Origin: a virus
Taxonomy: Duplodnaviria; Heunggongvirae; Uroviricota; Caudoviricetes
DNA: 5,295 nucleotides
Virus record (IMG/VR): IMGVR_UViG_2526164633_000031
Strand: one strand, 5' to 3'
Every line of letters begins with the position of its first letter. Position 1 is the stretch's first letter. The notes beneath the pieces were generated by a model that did not search any database, was not told the origin of the DNA, and saw only the letters and a list, made by a program, of their open reading frames with translations. Shown here piece after piece: positions 1 through 5,295 of the stretch. The position numbers were made by a program, and so were the translations under genes.

Positions 1-1
1 T

Positions 2-82
2 GCCGACACAGAAGACACCGTGCTGGAAATTCAGCGGCTGGCTACAGTCTGCCGCGACACCCTGAATGGCATGACGAAGTAA
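2..82 (+). CDS. 3' end of an upstream CDS, 5'-truncated by the window edge; small protein of unknown function
   Basis: Frame 2 is open from the window edge and ends at TAA 80-82 (translation ...ADTEDTVLEIQRLATVCRDTLNGMTK*). The stop lies 6 nt before the rep ATG at 89, an arrangement typical of translational coupling in phage early operons. No homology recognised. Confidence 0.4.
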   Translation, partial: ADTEDTVLEIQRLATVCRDTLNGMTK

Positions 83-88
83 ATCACT

Positions 89-2911
89 ATGACGGCAGAG
101 TACATCAGGGACTGGCAGCAACCGCGCCACGCAGTGGGGCGTGAAGGAACGGGGATCCCCGCTCCTGAATCCGCGCTTTCCTCCTGGCTGGATGCCTACC
201 GGGTAGAGAACGAGCGCCGCCAGGAAATGGCTGATGCGGCGTTCTCCGCCACGCCGCTGGGCAACCTGATTAATAAAAGCCTGGACGCACAGGAAAAACA
301 GGACAAAACCATCACACTGGCAGGAGACGCCAGAAAACAGGCACGCGGCGCGGTGGATGAAGCCATGGCCTCGCTGCGCCTGCTGCCGTCCTATCTGCGC
401 GATCCGCTTATTCGCCACCTCTCCTTCCTGCGCAAAAAACAGGAAGCCGATCGCCGGAAAGGCAAAAAGAGCTGGCAGGCTGAACGCTACGCGCGCGGAA
501 CCCTGCGCAAAATATTCGAACGTCTGGACCGCACCGACCACCGCTGGCTGACACCGGGTTATCGCTCCCTTGCCGGACGCGAACGCCTGGATGATTTGCT
601 TTACCTGCCGCAGCTCAACAAGCACCAGATACAGACGCTGGCCACCATGACGGCGGCGATGTTCAGCAGCACCTTCGAAAAACTCTGCGATGGCTTTGGC
701 GCGACTGATGGCGAGCTGACCATGGATGTAACGCTGAAGGCGTATCAAATGCTGGCCCGCATGGCGTTACACCTGCACGCCATGCCTCCGCATTATGACG
801 CACTGACAACAGACAAAGACCGGAGGAACGAACCGGACACGGAGCTGCTGCCGGGCGCAATCCTTCGCCTGACCTGTGCGGAATGGTGGAAACGCAAACT
901 GTGGCTGTTACGTTGCGAGTGGAGAGAAGAACAACTCCGCGCCGCCTGTCTGGTTTTCAGAAAAACATCACCCTATCTGAGCCAGGACGCGTTAAGCGAG
1001 TTTCGCGCACAGCGCGAGAAAACACGCGATTTCCTGAAAAGTTTCATGCTGGAAAATGAAGACGGGTTCACGATTGATCTCGAGACGGTGTATTACGCGG
1101 GAGTAAGTAACCCGGTTCACCGTAAGGCAGAAATGATGGCCACCATGAAGGGACTGGAACTTCTGGCCGAAGCCCGTGGCGACAGAGCGGTGTTTCTGAC
1201 TGTCACCTGCCCGTCAAAATACCACGCAACAACGGAGAATGGTCATCCGAACCCCAAATGGAACGGGGCCACCATGCGCGACTCCAGCGATTACCTGGTT
1301 AACACGTTTTTTGCGGCGGTCCGCAAAAAACTGAACCGCGACGGTCTGCGCTGGTATGGCATCCGCACGGTAGAGCCTCACCATGACGGCACTGTGCACT
1401 GGCATATGATGGTCTTTGCTCATCCGGAAGAAATCGACAGCATCGTGGCCATCACCCGCGATATTGCCATTCAGGAAGACCGCCACGAGCTGGGCAATGA
1501 TATTACTCCGCGCTTTAAGGCGGAGTATGTCGACGGCTCAAAAGGCACACCAACCAGCTATATCGCGACCTACATCGGAAAAAACCTGGACAGCCGCGCC
1601 GTAGATGGCATCGACCCGAAAACGGGCAAGCCACGCGTTGACCACGAAACCGGAAAATCAATGGCCGAGAGCGTGGAACGCGCCATCGGCTGGGCGCGCC
1701 TTCACCGGGTCCGCCAGTTCCAGTTCTTTGGTATCCCCTCCCGTCAGGTGTGGCGTGAACTGCGCCGCCTTGCCAGCCAGATGGCACGCAACCCGGAAGG
1801 CCCGCAACGGCTGAAGGATGACGCAATGGACGCGGTACTCGCTGCCGCTGATGCCGGATGTTTTGCCACCTACATTGAGAAACAGGGTGGCGTACTTGTT
1901 CCACGCAAAGACTACCTGATTCGCACCGCCTACGACCTCGCAGATGAGCTGAACGATTACGGCGAGCAGAGTGTACAGATTTACGGGATCTGGTCGCCGC
2001 TCATCGGGGAGTCTTCCCGCGTGTGCACGCACCCGGATAACTGGAAGCTAGTAAGACGTAAACCGGAAGCGGAAGACAGCGCCCGCGAAAATGGTTTTGA
2101 CCTTCAGGGCGGCCCTGCCGCCCCTTGGACTCGTGGCAATAACTGTCCCCGTGTACAGGAAACGGACAACAACGGGACAGAACAGCTGGAAGAACGGCCA
2201 GCACCGTGGCCGCAGCTTCCTGACGGCGTTGACGTGAATGAATGGATGCGCTCACTGAAACGGCACGAACGCCGGGCGCTGATGCGTTCGCTGCGTGACA
2301 AACAGGCAAAAAACAGCAGTGATGAAATGCAGAACTGGACACAGAGCCGCAAACAGCCACGGCCTTTGCCTGATAACCACGAGTTACTCGCTAAAGAATG
2401 GCGGGAGTCTGCTGAATCTCTCGGCCTGCATATCGGTGAACAGCAGATGCAGCACCTGTTACGGGGCGGCAGTCTGTACGTCGACGGCAGCATCATTGCA
2501 CCGCAGGGATTTGAAATTGTACGCAAACCGGATACCCGACCGGACAGCCGGATCACGCAGCTCTGGCAGCGCCTGAGCCGTAACCACGGCGTAAGCAGCA
2601 CGGAGATCCGCCATAACCCGGTCGCCAGCTATCTGGAACAGCTGGGGGCATCAGACCCCGAAGCCGCCGCACGCCTGGCATCCACACTTCAGCAGGACCA
2701 GAACACCATGAAAACACCCGTTACCGTGCTTTCTGACATGCTGCGCGCCATCCGCGACGCAGAGCACGCACAGAGAATCAGTGAAACCACTGAACGCGCC
2801 CGCCGCAAAGCAGACCTGCTGCGGGGTGGCCTGACCAGTGGAAACAAAAAACAGACAGAAACGGGATTCACAAATCCCGTAAATGAGCAAAAAACGCGCC
2901 GCGATATATGA
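89..2911 (+). CDS. Rolling-circle replication initiator, P2 gpA-like HUH endonuclease (replication gene A protein family)
   Basis: Single 940-aa ORF filling more than half the window. Translation carries an HUH motif (GTVHWHMMVFAHP, His437/His439, nt 1397-1405) followed about 50 residues later by a paired-tyrosine motif (TSYIATYIGKN, Tyr491 and Tyr495, nt 1559-1573). This order and the Y-x3-Y spacing match the phiX174 gpA / P2 gpA superfamily. It is about 180 aa longer than canonical P2 gpA (761 aa, from memory). Confidence 0.85.
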   Translation: MTAEYIRDWQQPRHAVGREGTGIPAPESALSSWLDAYRVENERRQEMADAAFSATPLGNLINKSLDAQEKQDKTITLAGDARKQARGAVDEAMASLRLLPSYLRDPLIRHLSFLRKKQEADRRKGKKSWQAERYARGTLRKIFERLDRTDHRWLTPGYRSLAGRERLDDLLYLPQLNKHQIQTLATMTAAMFSSTFEKLCDGFGATDGELTMDVTLKAYQMLARMALHLHAMPPHYDALTTDKDRRNEPDTELLPGAILRLTCAEWWKRKLWLLRCEWREEQLRAACLVFRKTSPYLSQDALSEFRAQREKTRDFLKSFMLENEDGFTIDLETVYYAGVSNPVHRKAEMMATMKGLELLAEARGDRAVFLTVTCPSKYHATTENGHPNPKWNGATMRDSSDYLVNTFFAAVRKKLNRDGLRWYGIRTVEPHHDGTVHWHMMVFAHPEEIDSIVAITRDIAIQEDRHELGNDITPRFKAEYVDGSKGTPTSYIATYIGKNLDSRAVDGIDPKTGKPRVDHETGKSMAESVERAIGWARLHRVRQFQFFGIPSRQVWRELRRLASQMARNPEGPQRLKDDAMDAVLAAADAGCFATYIEKQGGVLVPRKDYLIRTAYDLADELNDYGEQSVQIYGIWSPLIGESSRVCTHPDNWKLVRRKPEAEDSARENGFDLQGGPAAPWTRGNNCPRVQETDNNGTEQLEERPAPWPQLPDGVDVNEWMRSLKRHERRALMRSLRDKQAKNSSDEMQNWTQSRKQPRPLPDNHELLAKEWRESAESLGLHIGEQQMQHLLRGGSLYVDGSIIAPQGFEIVRKPDTRPDSRITQLWQRLSRNHGVSSTEIRHNPVASYLEQLGASDPEAAARLASTLQQDQNTMKTPVTVLSDMLRAIRDAEHAQRISETTERARRKADLLRGGLTSGNKKQTETGFTNPVNEQKTRRDI
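2861..2880. repeat. 20-bp perfect palindrome ACGGGATT-CACA-AATCCCGT (copy 1), inside the 3' end of rep
   Basis: Read directly: 8-bp arms that are exact reverse complements around a 4-bp spacer, flanked by A-runs (gaaACGGGATTcacaAATCCCGTaaa). The same arms recur at 2934-2953. Confidence 0.9.
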
Positions 2912-2933
2912 AGCGCGCATAAAACAGGCAAAA

Positions 2934-2953
2934 ACGGGATTTCAGAATCCCGT
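2934..2953. repeat. 20-bp perfect palindrome ACGGGATT-TCAG-AATCCCGT (copy 2), in the rep-parM intergenic region
   Basis: Read directly: identical 8-bp arms to copy 1 with a different 4-bp spacer, again flanked by A-runs. Start-to-start distance from copy 1 is 73 bp, about 7 helical turns, so both sites face the same side of the helix. Confidence 0.9.
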
Positions 2954-2987
2954 AAACGATTAATTAATCAACATAAGGAAAAGCGAC

Positions 2988-3947
2988 ATGAAAATTTGTA
3001 TCGACGACGGCTCCACCAACATCAAGCTGGCATGGACTGAGAACGGCGAATGCCGCAACGCCATCAGCCCGAACAGCTTCAAGTCGGAATGGTCTGCGCC
3101 GTTCGGTGGCTCGCAGCCTGCGAACTACATGCTTGATGGCGTGCGCTATGGTTTTGATCCGGTCAGCGATCGCTTTGTCCAGACGACCGACACGCAATAC
3201 CAGTACAGCGATGTGAATGTAATCGCCATTCACCACGCGCTGGTCAAATCAGGCATCACACCACAGGAGGTGGATGTGGTTGTCACCCTGCCACTGAGCG
3301 AGTATTTCGACACAAACGCACAGCCGGACATGGCCAACATCAACCGCAAAAAAGCGAACGTTATGCGCCCGGTGGAGTACCAGAACGGTGAGGCATTCAC
3401 TATCCGTAACGTGCGGGTTATGCCTGAATCCATTCCGGCAGGCTTTAAGGCACTGGCTGACATGAGTCCGTTTGAATCCCTGCTGATTGTGGATTTGGGC
3501 GGAACCACGCTGGATGTGGCAAAGGTTCAGGGACAACTGGCAGGTATCAGCCAGGTGTTTTGCGATCCACACGTAGGTGTTTCACTGATGGCCGATGCCG
3601 TGCTGTCGGTGATGGCCACTAACGGTATGCGCACCAGTCACCACATCGCCAATACCATTATTGAACATCGCCATGATGAAGCCTGGCTGCGCCAGCACAT
3701 CCACAATGACGCGCATTACGCCAGCCTGATGGCGGTTATTCGTGAAAAGGAAGAAACACTGAAACAACGCGTGATCCGCGCGCTGGCGGGTTTTTCGGGT
3801 TACGGGCGGGTGATGGTTGTCGGTGGCGGGGCGGAGATTGTGGCACCCGCTATCCGCGAAGCCTGCGGAGTTAATGCGACTTTCATCGCGGACGGGGTGC
3901 CACAGTTTGCTCTGGTTAATGGGCTGTACGCAATGGACAAGGAGTAA
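2988..3947 (+). CDS. parM: ParM/StbA-family actin-like segregation ATPase (type II plasmid partition)
   Basis: 319-aa ORF with good RBS. Translation aligns along its whole length with plasmid R1 ParM as I recall it (MKICIDDGSTNIKL.., ISPNSFK.EW, YSDVNV.A.HHAL, QPDMA.I.RKKAN, FTI..V.VMPESIPAG, SLLI.DLGGTTLD, GIS...GD...GVSL, VMV.GGGAEI, LVNG.Y). The actin-fold phosphate and adenosine motifs are present. Confidence 0.9.
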   Translation: MKICIDDGSTNIKLAWTENGECRNAISPNSFKSEWSAPFGGSQPANYMLDGVRYGFDPVSDRFVQTTDTQYQYSDVNVIAIHHALVKSGITPQEVDVVVTLPLSEYFDTNAQPDMANINRKKANVMRPVEYQNGEAFTIRNVRVMPESIPAGFKALADMSPFESLLIVDLGGTTLDVAKVQGQLAGISQVFCDPHVGVSLMADAVLSVMATNGMRTSHHIANTIIEHRHDEAWLRQHIHNDAHYASLMAVIREKEETLKQRVIRALAGFSGYGRVMVVGGGAEIVAPAIREACGVNATFIADGVPQFALVNGLYAMDKE

Positions 3948-3951
3948 GCCA

Positions 3952-4263
3952 ATGACGACACCAACCAGACGGATAAGTTTCTATCTGAAGCCCGCCGCCG
4001 TCAAGAACGAAGGCGAAGCATGCGCCTGGCTGGACAGCCTTACACCAGAAGCCCGCAAAAGTGGTCAACGCGTGGCTTTTCTGGCCGGGCTGGCACTACT
4101 GAAAATGAATCCGGCAGAGGCTTACCGACTGGCTGCATGGGCTGATGATGAGGCGTTATCAGTGACACAAACCAGGACAGAACGCCCCGCGTCACAGCCA
4201 GTATCAGCCGCACAGATAACCAGTCAGATGGCCGGAAATATCCGGGCGTTATTTCCCGAATAA
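3952..4263 (+). CDS. parR: ParR/StbB-like ribbon-helix-helix centromere-binding adaptor
   Basis: 103-aa ORF starting 5 nt after the parM stop, with AAGGAG (3939-3944) 7 nt upstream of the ATG. The RRISFYLKP (beta strand) and LDSLTPEARKSGQRVAFLAGLAL segments resemble R1 ParR (RTIAFKLNP / LDSIPQGERSRLNRAALTAGLAL), and the C-terminus ..IRALFPE resembles ..LRSLFPKE. Gene order parC-parM-parR matches R1. The track ORF starting at 3817 is an in-frame 5' extension overlapping parM and is not used. Confidence 0.75.
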   Translation: MTTPTRRISFYLKPAAVKNEGEACAWLDSLTPEARKSGQRVAFLAGLALLKMNPAEAYRLAAWADDEALSVTQTRTERPASQPVSAAQITSQMAGNIRALFPE

Positions 4264-4268
4264 CACAA

Positions 4269-4292
4269 CATCAGGGCGCATCCGCCCTGATG
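4269..4292 (+). terminator. GC-rich hairpin (10-bp perfect stem CATCAGGGCG / CGCCCTGATG, 4-nt loop) after parR; possible weak terminator or attenuator
   Basis: Read directly. The stem begins 6 nt after the parR stop. It is followed by ACTTTAAC, a short T-run rather than a canonical U-tract, so intrinsic termination is uncertain and read-through into the next gene is plausible. Confidence 0.35.
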
Positions 4293-4326
4293 ACTTTAAC
4301 CCGGGAGCATAAACAAGGGGGACACA

Positions 4327-4659
4327 ATGCAACACATTGACAGAGAAAAAGCGCAGCGACTGATTGAGCGGATGGAAGCGCTGGCGAAAGAAGAAAATGT
4401 CAACATCCAAAAAATAGCTGAATGTGGCCAGATAGTTCTTCGTCGTGAAAAAGACCTCAAACAACTGATGTCTGGCGAAACCAGCAAAACATGGACTTCA
4501 GGTGAGGAGACGATTTATTGCAGCTTCTGCAATAAATCCCAGTACGAAGTCACAAAGGTGATTGCTGGACCGTCTGTTTACATCTGCAATGAGTGCGTGG
4601 ATTTGTGCAATGAAATTATCAGGAGAGAAGTGACAGACAAAAAGGGAAAAAACGCATGA
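4327..4659 (+). CDS. Orphan ClpX-type C4 zinc-ribbon (ClpX N-terminal zinc-binding domain) protein with a unique N-terminal helical region; no AAA+ domain
   Basis: 110-aa ORF with strong RBS (AAGGGGGA 4313-4320, 6 nt before the ATG). Residues about 62-100 (nt about 4510-4626: [40 protein letters not shown]) align almost position for position with the E. coli ClpX zinc-binding domain as I recall it ([40 protein letters not shown]). Cys65-x2-Cys68-x18-Cys87-x2-Cys90 matches the ClpX ligand spacing. The ORF ends right after the domain. Residues 1-55 are charged and helix-like with no recognised homology. Confidence 0.8.
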   Translation: MQHIDREKAQRLIERMEALAKEENVNIQKIAECGQIVLRREKDLKQLMSGETSKTWTSGEETIYCSFCNKSQYEVTKVIAGPSVYICNECVDLCNEIIRREVTDKKGKNA

Positions 4660-4754
4660 ACAGAAGTAAGCGCATCATTTAAACCGTCTTTCGCCTCCCT
4701 TTCCTGTTTCCGATACTAATGTCCATTTTCGCAGTAAAAGGACATTTAAGATGA

Positions 4755-5216
4755 ATGCACGAAAAAGCGGTACTGGCAGATAATCCAGAATTGATCCTGC
4801 GTGTGCTACAGCTGAGATTTGACGAGTCACTGTCGTACCCGCGCATTTCTGCGCAGACTGGTGTCAGCAAAACCGCCATTTTTTCTCTGGTGAGGCGATT
4901 TCACCAGGTATTCACTGACTGGCCTCTTTCCGGTGAATATTCCTGCGGGCAACTGGCCCGGGCTCTTTTCCCGGGGCGATACCCTTCAGCCCCGACCGTG
5001 ACTCAGCCTGTGAAAGCAGAGAAACCCCGCCGGAACCGATTTTCACCGGAGTTTAAATGGAGACTGGTTCAGCAAACTCTTTTACCCGGTGCCTGTGTCG
5101 CACAAATAGCTCGAGAGAATGGAATTAACGATAACCTGCTCTTTAACTGGCGGCATCTCTGGCGTAACGGTGGCCTGCAACCGCCCGGCGAACATGAAAC
5201 ATCGCTACTCCCGTGA
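4755..5216 (+). CDS. Transposase-associated DNA-binding protein, HTH_Tnp_1 type (IS66/IS3-family TnpA/OrfA-like)
   Basis: 153-aa ORF. The C-terminal half (RRNRFSPEFKWRLVQQTLLPGACVAQIARENGINDNLLFNWRHLW) fits the HTH_Tnp_1 pattern of IS first-ORF proteins (RR.YS.EFK ... GI..NLL..WR). A second HTH-like segment sits near the N-terminus (SYPRISAQTGVSKTAIFSLVRRF). Start choice is uncertain: ATG 4751 opens a 10-codon frame, ATG 4755 this ORF, and GTG 5011 is a possible internal start. RBS AAAGGA at 4737-4742. Confidence 0.5.
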   Translation: MHEKAVLADNPELILRVLQLRFDESLSYPRISAQTGVSKTAIFSLVRRFHQVFTDWPLSGEYSCGQLARALFPGRYPSAPTVTQPVKAEKPRRNRFSPEFKWRLVQQTLLPGACVAQIARENGINDNLLFNWRHLWRNGGLQPPGEHETSLLP

Positions 5217-5295
5217 CGTTAACTCCGGAGCCGGATAATAAAATCCCGGCACCAGTGCAGATACCTGAACAGATAAATACACTGCCAGACAGTCT
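5213..5295 (+). CDS. Possible 5' end of a downstream ORF overlapping the previous stop (GTGA overlap), truncated by window end
   Basis: GTG 5213-5215 overlaps TGA 5214-5216. That frame stays open to the window end (VTLTPEPDNKIPAPVQIPEQINTLPDS..). It is either a coupled next gene, as in tnpA-tnpB arrangements, or the continuation of a frameshifted transposase ORF. Confidence 0.25.
   Translation, partial: MTLTPEPDNKIPAPVQIPEQINTLPDS

Larger units (their letters stand above)
2858..2987 (+). promoter_or_regulatory. parC: Candidate parC-like centromere / ParR operator and parM promoter-leader region
   Basis: In R1-type par loci the centromere of repeated ParR sites sits immediately upstream of parM and overlaps the par promoter. 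Here two palindromic sites bracket the rep stop and end 35 bp upstream of the parM ATG. An AT-rich stretch (TTAATTAAT, 2960-2968) and a Shine-Dalgarno AAGGAA (2975-2980) precede ATG 2988. No convincing -35/-10 pair could be assigned by eye. Confidence 0.45.
4666..5295 (+). mobile_element. Putative left end of an insertion sequence, possibly IS66-family (partial, continues beyond window)
   Basis: GTAAGCG at 4666-4672, 7 nt after the ClpX-ZBD stop; IS66-family inverted repeats characteristically begin 5'-GTAA (from memory). About 85 bp downstream begins the HTH_Tnp_1-type ORF with an overlapping following ORF. The right end and any target-site duplication lie outside the window. Confidence 0.3.

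Noticed and set aside
663-2931. Minus-strand ORFs (663-860, 1214-1486, 1515-1904, 1658-2032, 2001-2360, 2104-2601, 2651-2920, 2689-2931) and plus-strand alternate-frame ORFs (357-551, 1416-1604, 1605-1814, 2295-2576) inside rep
   Set aside because: All lie wholly within the strongly supported 940-aa rep frame. Their translations are Arg/Cys/Ser/Pro-rich, as expected for off-frame readings of GC-rich coding DNA. No RBS or recognisable domains.
2881-2987. Specific sigma-70 promoter assignment upstream of parM (e.g. TTCAGA at 2941-2946 with ATTAAT at 2963-2968)
   Set aside because: Both hexamers match consensus at only 4 of 6 positions and several alternatives are equally weak. Reported only as a regulatory region.
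2964-3767. Minus-strand ORFs 2964-3236, 3230-3508, 3249-3572, 3582-3767 antisense to parM
   Set aside because: Antisense to a gene with full-length homology to ParM; no start context or homology.
3817-3951. Upstream extension of the parR frame (track ORF 3817-4263, 148 aa)
   Set aside because: The first 45 codons overlap the 3' end of parM in another frame and have no RBS. ATG 3952 has an AAGGAG RBS at ideal spacing and gives a protein of canonical ParR length.
4249-4487. Minus-strand ORFs 4249-4464 and 4296-4487
   Set aside because: Antisense to the ClpX-ZBD gene, which has a strong RBS and clear domain homology; they cross the hairpin and the parR stop.
4679-4879. Minus-strand ORF 4679-4879 (66 aa)
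   Set aside because: Overlaps the start of the transposase-like ORF on the opposite strand; no RBS or homology.
5195-5216. Programmed -1 ribosomal frameshift joining the HTH ORF to the downstream frame (IS3-style OrfAB)
   Set aside because: No slippery heptamer (A AAA AAG or similar) in the overlap. A GTGA start-stop overlap or a simple frameshift mutation explains the sequence better.
1-5295. CRISPR array, tRNA/rRNA genes, tandem repeats
   Set aside because: No regularly spaced direct repeats beyond the two palindromes, no tRNA-like cloverleaf signatures, and coding density leaves no room for an rRNA.

Overview
This window reads as part of a mobile genetic element of enterobacterial type, with every credible gene on the + strand. 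In order: (1) the 3' tail of an upstream small CDS (2-82); (2) a 940-aa rolling-circle replication initiator of the P2 gpA / HUH-endonuclease type (89-2911); (3) a type II actin-like partition cassette, parM (2988-3947) and parR (3952-4263), preceded by two copies of a 20-bp perfect palindrome that look like a parC-type centromere/operator; (4) an AT-richer single gene (4327-4659) for a 110-aa protein whose C-terminal half is a near-copy of the ClpX N-terminal zinc-ribbon domain with no AAA+ ATPase module; (5) the probable left end of an insertion sequence (HTH_Tnp_1-type ORF 4755-5216, with an overlapping ORF running off the window). The many minus-strand and alternate-frame ORFs in the track are treated as artefacts. 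The most unusual item is the orphan ClpX zinc-binding-domain protein directly downstream of parMR; the pairing of a P2-type Rep with an R1-type ParMR cassette is also notable. All homology calls rest on reading the translations and recalling known proteins; no database search was run.
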